A DNA stretch of 64,000 nt from a virus. Positions 26,682 through 37,600 of this stretch are shown piece after piece. The stretch spans positions 1 to 64,000 of IMG/VR virus record IMGVR_UViG_3300021420_000016. One strand, 5' to 3'. Positions within the stretch are counted from its first letter, which is position 1; the number at the start of each line of letters is the position of its first letter. Under the pieces are notes generated by a model. The model worked only from the letters and a program-made list of their open reading frames with translations, ran no database searches and was not told the origin of the DNA. A program made the translations under genes and the position numbers.

Positions 26682-27939
26682 CACCTTTGCCGCCAACCTG
26701 TACCCGGTCCCGCGGCGGTTCATCGGCGTGGCCAAAGAGACTGTCGCCGGGACCGTTGTGGCGCCGGCGTACACGTTCCCCATGACCACTTTCAAGCCGG
26801 TTGACAAGTACACTTATCTCAAGGACATGGGCTGGCGTAACGCCATGGCGGACTTCTACACGTTCACCCAGGGCGTGAAGATCTCCGACGTTTCCATGGG
26901 CGGCCCGTTCTTCGCCGACGGTATCGGTTACATGCTCGCCGACATTTTCGGCGACTACTACCAGGCGGTGAACGGCACCTCCACCACCCCGACGACCCTG
27001 TCTTCCGCGTACACCACCACGTCGCTGGGCACCATCTCGACCACCGGCAACACCGGGCTGTCCACGGGGGCCACGTTCGCGCTGGGGACGCTCGGCACCA
27101 CCGGGGAGGAAGTCCGCACCGTCGCCTCGATCACCGGGTCCGGGCCGTACACCGTCGTCGCGAACGCGCCGTTCTACCAGAACCACGCCAACGGCGCCCC
27201 CGTCACCGCCTACACCAGCGTGACCACGTACGTGCACAACTTCGCGCTGCTCAACGGCGGGGCGGGGATGGGCGGCTTCCTGCAGGCCCAGCCGCCGACC
27301 TACACCCTGACGGACTACACGGGGGTTACGGCAACCACGGGTGCGCGTAACTACGCCTACACGTGCCTGTCCGAGCTGACCCTGACCGGCACCGCCACCG
27401 AACTGGTCATGTGGGAAGCCAAAGCCACCGCCCTCGCCTCGGCCACCGCGGCGACGATCCCGGTGAACACCCTGACCGGCGTCCCCCCCGAGGCGGCGTG
27501 GCGGTCCACGGTCAGCTTCAACTCCACGCAGGAATACAACGACATGGAGTGGAAACTCGTCGTCACCCGGAAGGTGGAGCCGAAGTTCACCACCTCGGGG
27601 CAGCAGGACCCGTTCGCCATCGGCCGCGGGACGCTCGGCGCAGTAGCGTCGTTCCAGTTCGACCCGGCCGTGGACGAATCCGAGTTCCTGTTCTTCACGA
27701 ACAACACCCAGCCGACCATGAACATCACTGCCGGGAACGGGCTCGCCGGGTCGTCGTTCTCGTCGGTGGCCATCAACGCCAACGTGGCCGCGTTCGACAC
27801 TGCAGAGATCGTGGACAGCCGGGAAATGTTCGGCTACGACGAATCCGCCACCCTCGTAGCGAATTCCACGAACATCGGCCCATCCGGGTCGGTCGGCCCG
27901 GTGGTGGTCACGCTCACCAATGCCATCGTCAACTACTGA
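26674..27939 (+). CDS. Major tail tube protein
   Basis: FIGVAKETVAGT N-terminal motif, VTLTNAIVNY end; upstream of chaperone and tape measure. Confidence 0.8.
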   Translation: MPDTFAANLYPVPRRFIGVAKETVAGTVVAPAYTFPMTTFKPVDKYTYLKDMGWRNAMADFYTFTQGVKISDVSMGGPFFADGIGYMLADIFGDYYQAVNGTSTTPTTLSSAYTTTSLGTISTTGNTGLSTGATFALGTLGTTGEEVRTVASITGSGPYTVVANAPFYQNHANGAPVTAYTSVTTYVHNFALLNGGAGMGGFLQAQPPTYTLTDYTGVTATTGARNYAYTCLSELTLTGTATELVMWEAKATALASATAATIPVNTLTGVPPEAAWRSTVSFNSTQEYNDMEWKLVVTRKVEPKFTTSGQQDPFAIGRGTLGAVASFQFDPAVDESEFLFFTNNTQPTMNITAGNGLAGSSFSSVAINANVAAFDTAEIVDSREMFGYDESATLVANSTNIGPSGSVGPVVVTLTNAIVNY

Positions 27940-27945
27940 ACGTAG

Positions 27946-28458
27946 TCAGTAGTTGACGGGCGGCCAGCACTCCGCATAGCCGGGGGAGTACTCGTAACGG
28001 CTGGCGACCGCCCGCACGGTGCGGCAGACGCCGAAGCCCCTGACGCCGCCCATGGCGTAGTAGTGGCAGGTGACACACCCCATCTCCCGGTCGCCGAAGC
28101 CACCCGGTTTCCCGCACCTGACCACGCTGTACCCCTCGAACCGCTCACTGAGCTCTAGGCCGAGTTCGATGCGGCGCTTCGCGCTGCTGAGGATGTAGTG
28201 CTCATCCAGAATGGTCAGGTCAGCCTCGCATGCGGCGATGACTTGCCGGGGGTCATTGGCGGCCATGTGGGCGGCGATCTCGTCAAGCGTCTCCACGGTG
28301 ATCGCGTAGTCGGGATCGTCTGCGTCGGTCAGGAATCCGCCACCAAGCGCCGCCGTCCACGCCGGGTGAAATCCTCCGTCGGCCTGCGCCGCCGCTTCCG
28401 CCAGGGCCTTCCGCTCTCTGACAGCTTCCCGTAGCCACGCAACTGCCGCCTCGTTCAC
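27946..28458 (-). CDS. DUF6221-like protein
   Basis: AWLRE...AAHMAANDPRQVIAACEA...CRTVRAVASRY...PGY...W. Confidence 0.7.
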   Translation of the reverse strand: MNEAAVAWLREAVRERKALAEAAAQADGGFHPAWTAALGGGFLTDADDPDYAITVETLDEIAAHMAANDPRQVIAACEADLTILDEHYILSSAKRRIELGLELSERFEGYSVVRCGKPGGFGDREMGCVTCHYYAMGGVRGFGVCRTVRAVASRYEYSPGYAECWPPVNY

Positions 28459-28721
28459 CCGCGCCTCCACACCGTGTTCACCGATTGGCCGCTGTGATGG
28501 TTGCGGGTGATCAGCCGCACCCGGCCCTGCGCCCGGGCCCGGGCTAGGCACCAGTCGCACAGGCTGACCCGCAGGATCTGATCTGCGGTCAGGGGCCGCA
28601 CCAGAAGAGACAGCGACCCGGACCGGCCCCCTTCGAACCATGTCGGCGGATCCGGTTCCCACATCGGTTTCCCGCACATCAGGCACGGCTCCGCCACGCC
28701 GTCCGTACTTACTCGGTCCAT
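28455..28721 (-). CDS. Small Zn-finger hypothetical protein
   Basis: CLMC...LCDWC; GTGA coupling. Confidence 0.5.
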   Translation of the reverse strand: MDRVSTDGVAEPCLMCGKPMWEPDPPTWFEGGRSGSLSLLVRPLTADQILRVSLCDWCLARARAQGRVRLITRNHHSGQSVNTVWRRG

Positions 28722-28750
28722 GCCCGCCATCCTCCCCCCAGGAGAACCCT

Positions 28751-29182
28751 TTGCGCGTTGAACTCCCGAGCGGCCACTTCGCCGAGCTCCGGGACCACAT
28801 GCTCCACGGCGACGTCCGGTTCGCGAAGAAAGCAGCCAAGTTCCGGGTGTCCCGCGGCGGCGACTCCGACGTGGACCTGTCATTCGAGGACGAGGTCACC
28901 GGGGCGATCCTGTACCGGATGCTGATCCAGTGGGACGTCCCGCAGCAACTGCCGCGGGACGCGCAGAACCTGGACTTGGCCCTCGGCATCCTGGACATGC
29001 TGGAAGAAGACGACTTCGCTGCGCTGCGCAAAGCCGTGCGCCCCTTCTACCTGAAGGTGATGGAGCGCCCGGCCGAGGAAGAGTCCCCAAAAGAAGAGTC
29101 CGGGCTTACCGCGATTTCTTCCTACGCCGGACCGGAGCCGGATGGCCTTCCGAACCCGAATACTACGGATATTTCGACCTGA
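28751..29182 (+). CDS. Tail assembly chaperone (gpG-like, 143 aa)
   Basis: SD AGGAGA + TTG; lies between tube and tape measure. Confidence 0.75.
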   Translation: MRVELPSGHFAELRDHMLHGDVRFAKKAAKFRVSRGGDSDVDLSFEDEVTGAILYRMLIQWDVPQQLPRDAQNLDLALGILDMLEEDDFAALRKAVRPFYLKVMERPAEEESPKEESGLTAISSYAGPEPDGLPNPNTTDIST

Positions 29183-29373
29183 CGCGCCGCTACAACTGGA
29201 CGCAGCAGATGATCGACGCCCAGGACGCGGACTACATCGCCGAGCTCCCATTCATGGCGGCGGGCTGGGATGAGGCGGTCGCCGAACTGCAGAAAGCGGA
29301 ACACCGCAAAAACGCCCCGAACCCTGACCGGAAACGGCGAATGTTCGGCACCGGCGGCGGAATGAACGCCTGA
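28751..29373 (+). CDS. Tail assembly chaperone gpGT via -1 frameshift at CCCAAAA (29086-29092), about 207 aa
   Basis: In-frame C-CCA-AAA heptamer; the -1 frame is open to 29373 with YNWT...IDA motif. Confidence 0.75.
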
Positions 29374-29386
29374 GCAGGGAGGTGCC

Positions 29387-29914
29387 GTGGATTTCGCTGC
29401 CGTGCCCGGCTTGTATGAGGCGATCCGGGCCCGCGCCGAAACCGCCGCCGTCCCGGTCGCCGGGGTGATCGGGAAAACCTACAAAGGCCACCTGGTGGAC
29501 GTGACCCTGGTCGAATCCGGGTCCCACCCGCCGGTCACCCAGACCCCGGCCGCGCCCGGCGCGCCGCCCGCGGTGATGCCCGGGGGAGTGCACGGGTCGC
29601 TGCGCGGGTCGGTGACGATGGGTGGCCCGGTCGGTGGCGGTGGTATCGGCGAATCCTGGGTCAACCCGAACGTTATTTACGCCGCCACCCAGGAGTACGG
29701 GGGGGTGCATCACGCGGTCCGCGGGCCCTACATGTGGCTGTGGATCAACTACATCGGCCCAGCCGCAGTGAAACGCCGCGGGTGGCGCAAGGAAACGGTG
29801 ACCATTCCCGAGCGGCCCTACATGCGGCGGGCGGTGGCCGAAACCATCGCCAACGGCTCGCTGAGCCGCGCCGCGGCGGCGGCGTTCGCGGCGATGGTCC
29901 TGCCCGGCGAATAA
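29387..29914 (+). CDS. HK97 gp10-like tail completion/neck protein
   Basis: GSLRGSV...VIYAATQEYGG...VTIPERPYMRRA. Confidence 0.7.
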   Translation: MDFAAVPGLYEAIRARAETAAVPVAGVIGKTYKGHLVDVTLVESGSHPPVTQTPAAPGAPPAVMPGGVHGSLRGSVTMGGPVGGGGIGESWVNPNVIYAATQEYGGVHHAVRGPYMWLWINYIGPAAVKRRGWRKETVTIPERPYMRRAVAETIANGSLSRAAAAAFAAMVLPGE

Positions 29915-29942
29915 GACGACGTCGGGGCGGGGGTGAACTGCC

Positions 29943-32900
29943 ATTCCCGACCTGCCTGATGTGACCCAGCGTTTCATTGCCGATGTACGGCCGTTCATCG
30001 ACAGCATGAGCCAGCTCATCGCGAGCGCTGAACTGGCCGAGGCTGCCGTTCAGGCGCTGATCGACAAGATCGCCCAGCTTGACGGCAAGGTCGTCACCAT
30101 CGCGGTGAATACCGTCGGCAACGCCGGCGATTCCGGCGTCGGGGGAATCGCCACCCAGGCCGAAGCCGCCGCGGGTGCCGTCCGCGACCTGGCGGTCATC
30201 TGGACGGAGGAAGAAGCGGCCCAGTCGGCCGCCGACGCAGGTGCGCGGATGTTCGGCCGCGACGTCGCCGCGTCGATGGCCCGGGCGGAAGACGCCACTC
30301 ACGCCTACACCCAGGCCCTGATAGACAACCTGGAATATGACCGTTACGTCATTAACAACAGCGCCGAGCAATGGGCTGTGGGCCTGGCGAAAGTGGCCGA
30401 TGCGTACCGGAACGTTTACGACGCCCAGGAGCCGATGGAACGCTCACTGGGCGAACTGCGAGACGGCATCAACGCGACCAATGAGGCAGTCGATTTCGAA
30501 GCGCAGGTCATGCAGGCCAAGCTTGGCCCTGGATTCCTCATCGCGGCTAGCAACGCCCACGTTGCCAGTGATGCAATGCGCGAGGCGGCGTCCGCCGTGT
30601 CCGCGTCGGGGAACGCCGCCGGAACCGCCTGGGGGCCGTGGTGGTTTTTCGGGAACAACTTCCGGACCGTCGCGCACTGGATTGTCGCCGGGAGCGCCGA
30701 GTTCCTCGCTGTAGCCATTCCCGCCGCTATCGCCCTGGGTGCCGGGGTGGCCGTGGCCGCACAAGGTGCGCAGAACGCTTACGAGCATTTCACGGCACTT
30801 TACGACGCGACCGAGTCCACCGCGAACGCGATGCACACAACTGTCGGTGACGTGCTGGGCCTGGGTAACGCCTTGCAAACGGCGCAGAACGCCGCAAATC
30901 CGGGGGTTTATGAAATACTCGGGTCGGCCATTAATGACGCGAAGTCCGGCTTTTCCAGCCTCGCGACCACCGGTTTGCAAGTGGTCCACATGTTCGATGA
31001 ATTCGCCGCCCGCGTCACTGTAGACCTCCGGGAGGGACTGGGCACCGAAGTCCAGAGCCTGCTTTCCGGAATGGTTCATGATCTTCAAGAGTTTGGGCAG
31101 GTTCTGGGTAATCTCGGTCACGCCTTGCTCAATTTCGCCGCCGACATGCCTGGTCTTGTCCACATTCTTTTGACTCTCGCAACCTATCTCTCCTCAGTCA
31201 TTGAACTGGCGTCGCACGGCGGAGCGTTCATTACGCTTGCCATGGCAATTGAGGAGACGTACCGCTGGGGCGGGCTGCTTCTGGGCCTAATGGCCCGGCT
31301 GGCCGGTGCCGGCGGCATGATGACCGCATTCGCGGACGGCGGCGGCTTCATTACCAAGTTCGGCGCCGCGATCAAAGCCTTGGTGGCGCAGGGCGGTATC
31401 GCGATCATCTGGGTCGGCCAGATGATCGGCAAGCTCTCCGGTCTCGTTCCGGCGGCGGAAGAGGCCGGGGCCGCAGTGGAGACTTTTGGTGCCGACGTGG
31501 CCATCGCCGGGGCCGAGATGGACACCAACTGGATCGCCGCCATCGCGGCGGCCGTCGTCGTCCTCGGCTTCCTCGCCTACAAGCTCACCTCGGTGAAATC
31601 CGCCACCGACCAGTTCGTCGCCTCCACCGACCAGGCGGTGCAGTCCGCCTCTGACCTGCAGGTATTCAACACCATCGCTAAGACGATGGCCGAGAACGCC
31701 GTGCACATGTCGGCGGCGCAGCAGCAGTCCACCACGGCCACGAACCAGTTCAACGCCGCCGCCGAGCACGGCAAATACGCGACGGCCGGGTACGCCGGGG
31801 CGGCCATGCAGGCCGAGGGCGCGGTCCAGAAACTGTCCCAGCAGCAGACCTACCTCATCGGCACCGCCGCCACCGTCGGCACGAACCTGGGCCTTCTGTC
31901 CAGCCACTTCCACACCACCGCCATCGGCGCCCTCGCGCTAGCCAACGCGGCCGGGGTGAATCTTCAGATCCCGCTGACTAACAGCGGCATGGCCGCGAAA
32001 ATCGCCGAACAACAGATCACCAACCTCAAAACCGGCCTCGGGGCGATGGCTGCGCCCGCCGGGGTGATCGGCGCAGATATGGAAGCCATCGGCGTCCAAT
32101 CCCAGCTTGCCTCCTCCAAGGTGGGCCAAGTCAACCAGGCCATGGATGCCTTCATTGCTGGCACCACCGGCGGCATGAACTCGGTCATGCAGTTCAATGC
32201 CGGGCTGCAGGCGATGGGCAAGGACACGGTGGCCGGCAGCCAGAGCATCAGCGGAGCGATTAACACCATTTCCAAGAGTGCCGCGGCAATGGGCTACACT
32301 CTGCAGGGGTTCGGCCCGAAAGCACAGCAAAGCTGGCAGCAGTTCGACGGCGCCGTCCAGCAGGGCAATACGGTCCTGGACACGATGCGCACCGGCATGG
32401 CTGAGAATGTCGTGTCCTGGGGGCAGTACAACAACGAGGTCAAGGCAGTCGGCGGTTCGCTGCTGCCGTTCGCGGCTCACAACAAGGCGGCGCTGTCCAT
32501 CGTGTCGCAGTTCGCTCAGGAAATAGGCGACCCGGCCACGCATAATCTCAGGACCCTTGCTTCTGACTTCGGGATTACCGGTAAGGCCGCCCAGAATATG
32601 GCCACCGTGGGTATGGAGCAGGCCATTGCCAAAATGGCCAACCTGTCCCAGGTCGCCCGGAATCTGTCGGCTACTGTGTCGAGCCAGCTCACCGGGGCCA
32701 TGGCCAGTGCGATCACCAAGTTCAGCGGGATGAACTCGGCGGTCAACAAGTACGCCCAGGATTTGGGCAACGCTAATACCCCGTCCTCGATTCTGCATGC
32801 TGATCTGCAGAAAATTAGCGACGCTGCCAGCAACGAGTACCGCATGATTTCCGACGCTTCCCGGGGCATCAGCGACGCCACCAAGAACACCGATCTGATG

Positions 32901-33704
32901 AAGGGCGCCGCAGAGGGCGCCGCCGGGGCCATCAAGGGCGCCGGCGACTCCGTGGACAGCTTCACCGGGAAACTCCAGAACACCCACGCCGCCCTGGGCG
33001 ACGTGGTCGCCCGGGCCGGGGAGGCAGCGAACGCCACCCAGGGGTTGTCGTCGCAGACCCGGACTGCGGCGACCTCGGCCAGCGGGCTTTCCACGCAGAC
33101 CGGCCAGGCGACCACGCAGGTCCGGAACCTGGGGTCGGCGGCAAGTGTCACGCAGGCCCACGTCGGCGACGTCAACAACGAAATCCGCACCGCCGCGACC
33201 GCGGCCGGCAACGCCCAGGGGCCACTGGGGGGCATGACCGGGCAGATCCGCAACGTCGGGTCGGCGGCGTCCACCGCCGCCGGTGAGGTGCACGCCCTGG
33301 CGACGGCGATGGCCGGGCTGCAGTCCAAGACGGTCACGCTGACCACGAACATGGTCACGGTCACCTCGACCATTCACCGCCAGCACGGCGGCCCCGTCTT
33401 CCCCGGCGTCCCCTACACCGTCGGCGAGGCGGGGGAGGAGCTGTTCGTTCCCAGCCAGGCGGGGGTCATCCTGCCGCACGACCAGACGGCGCAACTGATC
33501 GGCGCGCCGCAGGCCGCCGCGGGGCCGCCGGCGGGCGGGTTCGGGAACCAGGGCACTTCCGAGGTGCATTCCCATATCAGCGTGAACCTGGATGGCCGGC
33601 AGCTCTGGAAGGGCATCCAGACGCAGATGCTCCAGTGGCAGATTCGCAATTCCGGCCGCGCTACGGGCCTGACGGTCCCACAGCCCCCGGGGAAGCTCAC
33701 CTAG
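29943..33704 (+). CDS. Tape measure protein (about 1250 aa)
   Basis: Long Ala-rich helical ORF with hydrophobic stretches and C-terminal HGGPV...VGEAGEELFVP; start ATT 29943 (SD GGGGTGA) or GTG 29961. Confidence 0.9.
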   Translation: MPDLPDVTQRFIADVRPFIDSMSQLIASAELAEAAVQALIDKIAQLDGKVVTIAVNTVGNAGDSGVGGIATQAEAAAGAVRDLAVIWTEEEAAQSAADAGARMFGRDVAASMARAEDATHAYTQALIDNLEYDRYVINNSAEQWAVGLAKVADAYRNVYDAQEPMERSLGELRDGINATNEAVDFEAQVMQAKLGPGFLIAASNAHVASDAMREAASAVSASGNAAGTAWGPWWFFGNNFRTVAHWIVAGSAEFLAVAIPAAIALGAGVAVAAQGAQNAYEHFTALYDATESTANAMHTTVGDVLGLGNALQTAQNAANPGVYEILGSAINDAKSGFSSLATTGLQVVHMFDEFAARVTVDLREGLGTEVQSLLSGMVHDLQEFGQVLGNLGHALLNFAADMPGLVHILLTLATYLSSVIELASHGGAFITLAMAIEETYRWGGLLLGLMARLAGAGGMMTAFADGGGFITKFGAAIKALVAQGGIAIIWVGQMIGKLSGLVPAAEEAGAAVETFGADVAIAGAEMDTNWIAAIAAAVVVLGFLAYKLTSVKSATDQFVASTDQAVQSASDLQVFNTIAKTMAENAVHMSAAQQQSTTATNQFNAAAEHGKYATAGYAGAAMQAEGAVQKLSQQQTYLIGTAATVGTNLGLLSSHFHTTAIGALALANAAGVNLQIPLTNSGMAAKIAEQQITNLKTGLGAMAAPAGVIGADMEAIGVQSQLASSKVGQVNQAMDAFIAGTTGGMNSVMQFNAGLQAMGKDTVAGSQSISGAINTISKSAAAMGYTLQGFGPKAQQSWQQFDGAVQQGNTVLDTMRTGMAENVVSWGQYNNEVKAVGGSLLPFAAHNKAALSIVSQFAQEIGDPATHNLRTLASDFGITGKAAQNMATVGMEQAIAKMANLSQVARNLSATVSSQLTGAMASAITKFSGMNSAVNKYAQDLGNANTPSSILHADLQKISDAASNEYRMISDASRGISDATKNTDLMKGAAEGAAGAIKGAGDSVDSFTGKLQNTHAALGDVVARAGEAANATQGLSSQTRTAATSASGLSTQTGQATTQVRNLGSAASVTQAHVGDVNNEIRTAATAAGNAQGPLGGMTGQIRNVGSAASTAAGEVHALATAMAGLQSKTVTLTTNMVTVTSTIHRQHGGPVFPGVPYTVGEAGEELFVPSQAGVILPHDQTAQLIGAPQAAAGPPAGGFGNQGTSEVHSHISVNLDGRQLWKGIQTQMLQWQIRNSGRATGLTVPQPPGKLT

Positions 33705-33760
33705 CAGCCGCCCGGTAACACCAGCACCCCCCCCTTTTCGGAGCACGCGGGAGGCACTTC

Positions 33761-34606
33761 TTGGCGGCCATCGAGGTTTATCAAGATATTCCGCAGACCC
33801 AGGTCAACTCGGGCGGTACCGACGCGCCCGCGCCGGGGACCTCGGAGTCGTGGACGGTGGCCTCGTCGGGGTCGTTCCCACCGGCGTCGTCGGGCGCCGC
33901 CCAGCCGACCCAGTTTCACGTCTCCGACCCGGCTCTCGCATCAGAGATCGTCCTGGTGACGAACATTTCCGGGCTGACCTGGACGGTGACCCGCGGCGCG
34001 GAAGGCACCACCCCGGTGGCGCACGCGGCCGGGTTCACGATCAAGCAGGTGGTCACGGCGGGTGGCCTGGGCCTGGCGGGGACTGGGCAGAACCAGTGGA
34101 CCGCGCCGGATGGCGTTGTGGCCGAGACGTTTCCGCGGATCTTCTCCGCCGGGTCGCAGGCGCTCACCTCGGGCGTCCTGGCGGTGGTGGGGATCTCCCT
34201 GCCGCAGTACCTGACCGTCTCGCAGATCACGATGGCGACGAAGGGCACGGCGGCTTCCGGCGTGACCAACGGGTGGTACGCGATCTGCGACTCGGGGCTC
34301 GTGGTGCGCGGCGCGACGGGAAACCAGACGGGCTGGGGGTCCACGAACACCGCTTACACCTACAACCTCGGCACGGCGTACACGACGACCTACACGGGCT
34401 TGTACTACATCGGGGTCAACATCACCGCAGGGACGGCGCCGACGCTGCTGACCTGCACGCCGATGGGCTCGGCGCTGGTAGGTGTGGCGCCGACGCTGTG
34501 CGGAACGGTGTCCACCGGGTATTCGGCGACGCCACCCGCGGCGACCACGGCGCTGTCCGGGCTGACCGCGAACATCAACTTCACCATGTACGCAGGCCTG
34601 TCCTAA
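33761..34606 (+). CDS. Minor tail protein
   Basis: EIVLVT...WTVTRGAEGTTP-AHAAG module; SD GGGAGG. Confidence 0.7.
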   Translation: MAAIEVYQDIPQTQVNSGGTDAPAPGTSESWTVASSGSFPPASSGAAQPTQFHVSDPALASEIVLVTNISGLTWTVTRGAEGTTPVAHAAGFTIKQVVTAGGLGLAGTGQNQWTAPDGVVAETFPRIFSAGSQALTSGVLAVVGISLPQYLTVSQITMATKGTAASGVTNGWYAICDSGLVVRGATGNQTGWGSTNTAYTYNLGTAYTTTYTGLYYIGVNITAGTAPTLLTCTPMGSALVGVAPTLCGTVSTGYSATPPAATTALSGLTANINFTMYAGLS

Positions 34607-34627
34607 AGCCTAGGAAGGCGCTGAGGC

Positions 34628-37600
34628 ATGGCGGCGAAGGCTGGGCCGGTCGGGGCGTACGCCGATTACACCAACGGCGTCTGGCCCGGCACTGTCACCA
34701 ACCAGCCGCAGGCGTGGGCCCTGTGGGAATCGCAGACAGGCACCACCGCCCAAGCGTGCAAGATCTTCTACTACAACCTTTCGCAGTTCCCCACTGCGAT
34801 GGACTCCCAGACCAGCACCGCCGCCAGCCTGGGCATCAAGGCCGTCGTCTGCGTCAAGCCGAATTACGCCTCCACCTCGACCATGGCCACTGACCTGGTG
34901 TCGTTTACCGCGATGGTCCAGATGTTCAAGTCCAACGGGCTGAGCGGGTACATCGTGCTGTGGCAGGAGCCGCAGAACCTCGGCAAGACGCCGACCAACC
35001 CGACCGGCCCGGAGTTTCAGGCCCTGTTCCGGTATGACCCGAACGGGACCGGGATCGGCGGCTACCATGCCGCGGCGAACCAGTACGGGTTCCAGCTGGT
35101 CTATGACGCCGCCTCGCACAGCCCCGGCGAATGGTCGACCTTCTACCCGGGCGCGCAGTTTTTGGACGCCATCGCCGTCGACTACTACTGCGACACCTAC
35201 CTGGGCGGCATCCGGATCGACGGCACCGGGTCCATCATGGATCTTGCCGACAACGGCTACTACTACCATCCCAGCGGCAACGTGCCTGCGCCGCCGATAC
35301 CGTTCGGGATTTTTGAGACCGGCGTCACCGCCGGGGGCACGTCCTCGCAGCCGACCCAGGCGCAGATGGCCGCCTACCTGGGGTATCTGAGCCAGATCAT
35401 GGGCTGGAACCCGGCGGCGGCCGGGCTGAACGCGGGACGGCTGAACCGGGGCCTGGCCAACGCCCCGGTCATGTGGTACAACGGCCAGGCCAGCCAGACC
35501 CTCAACCAGATCGTCCCGCTGGCGACAGCCACCTACACCCACGCTTCCTACTGCGTCGACACCGGCTACCCGGCGCTGTGGACTGCGCTCCAGCCGCAGT
35601 CGGCGGGCTACACCACCCCCGCGGTTCCCGGCCTCGCCGCGCCCGGCACGTTCACCCCCGGCCTTGAGGGCACGTACCAGCCGCTGGAACCGCTGTACAC
35701 CACGGCGATCCCCGGGATGGCGCAGCCCGCCACGTTCTCGCCCGGCGACCCGGGCAACCAGTCGCTGCCGCCGCCGCCGCCCATCGTCGCGCTCACTCCC
35801 GCCGTGGCTGGCCAGGCGTCGCCCGGCACGTTCACCCCCGGCGACCCCGGGGCGGCGATCCCCGGGCCCGTGGACGATCCGTACGTCGTCCAGCAGGTGA
35901 CGGCCTCCTTCACCTACAACTACGGGTGGAGCAGCACCGAGTTCTCCGGCAACGCTCCCGGCAACATGCTGGTGGTGATCGCCGCCTGGGACTTGAACGC
36001 CACCGGCACCACCGCGCCGATGCCCGCCGCCTACGTGGTCGACTCGAACCTGAACTATTGGTGGCACGCCGGCACCACCAGTTCCGATAACACCGGGTCA
36101 CGGTGTGCGATCTGGGTGGCGCCGAACGCGCAGGCCGTGGACTGGGTGTCGTGTTCGCTGACCACGTTCTCCTCCTCCCTCGTCTACACGATCCTTGAGG
36201 TCGGCAACGCGCCGCAGTTCTTCACCATCGACATCTCCGAGACCGACTCCGACACCGGGAACATCACCTTGTCCGCGGACCCGGGGCTGACCGGAGCCGC
36301 GGACATCGGGTTCACTATGCTGGCGGCCGGGTCCACCACCACCACCCTCACCGGGCCCCCCGCCGGGTGGACGGCACTGACACAGGTGCAGGCGGGCGCG
36401 GGGCAGCCGAACGGGATCACCCTGTGGCCGTTCTGGAACCCGGTCGTGGTGGCGGGCACCGACCTGGATGCGTCCTACACGGTGTCGTCGTCGGCTCCGC
36501 TGTCGGCGGTCACGGTGGCGATCGAGGCCAGCCCGTACCCGCCGCGGCAAAACAACCCGAACCTGCCCGTGATCCGGGTGGAGGCTGCGTTCGGGTTCCT
36601 GCCCGGCGACCCGTCCCAGTCGCCGCCATCGTGGACCGACATCACTAACAGGTGTGCAGCCAAGGATGGCACCCCGTTCATCGCGCCGTCGCTGGGCAAG
36701 GCATACGAACTGGCCACCCCCGAGACTGGGGAACTGCTCATTTCCTGCGACAACCACGACGGCGCTTTTACCCCGGGGAACGGCAACAGTCCTTATGGCG
36801 TGCCGGGTGTGGGCGTGGTGCTCGGCACGCCCATCCGGGTGAGCGCATTCTGGGACGGGTCCTGGTACAACATCGCCTACGGGTATGTTGAAAGATGGCC
36901 GCAGGAATGGCCGGACATGCCGCAATGGGGCATGTCCGCAATGATCGCCGCCGATGCTTTCTCCGCGCTCGCGGCCGCCGTGTCGTATTCGGCACTTAAT
37001 GGGGACCTGCTGATCGATTCGCCTTATGTGCTAATCCCCTGCTACGAGCAGTACACCACCCAGGCCAATTCGATCAACGTGGTATTCACGGCATCGGAAT
37101 GCCAGGGGCTGCTGGCAGCGAACATTTCCAGGTTCAACCAGCGGCCCGGAACCTACGTGGATGGCAGCGGCGCGGGCGGCGTGGTCAACCCGTGCGCCAC
37201 CGGCCAGTCCACCACACTGCTCGGGTCACAGGACACCGGATTCGGCTGCTCGTCGTTCACGCCGCCACTAACGCTGACCTCCTCAGGCCCGGGGATGATC
37301 TACTGGGACCCGGCGCTGCCCTCGCCGCTGTCCCCGGCGGGACTGACGGTGGAATTCTGGCTGACCATCTCCGCCATCTCCTCGGGCCCGAACACGCAGC
37401 CGACGGTGTTCACCGCGTTCTCCTCGGCGTCCAACTACCAGACGTCGCACCCGAGCCTGCAAATCCAGGTGCAGAACTACACCGGCAACAACATCATCGT
37501 GGTCACGTTCGCCGACGGCACAACAATGCAGGCGCCGTTCTCGCCTAGCCCGAACCCGCAGCAGGTGGCGCTGGTCTTCTCCCCGTCCACGGTGTCCCTG

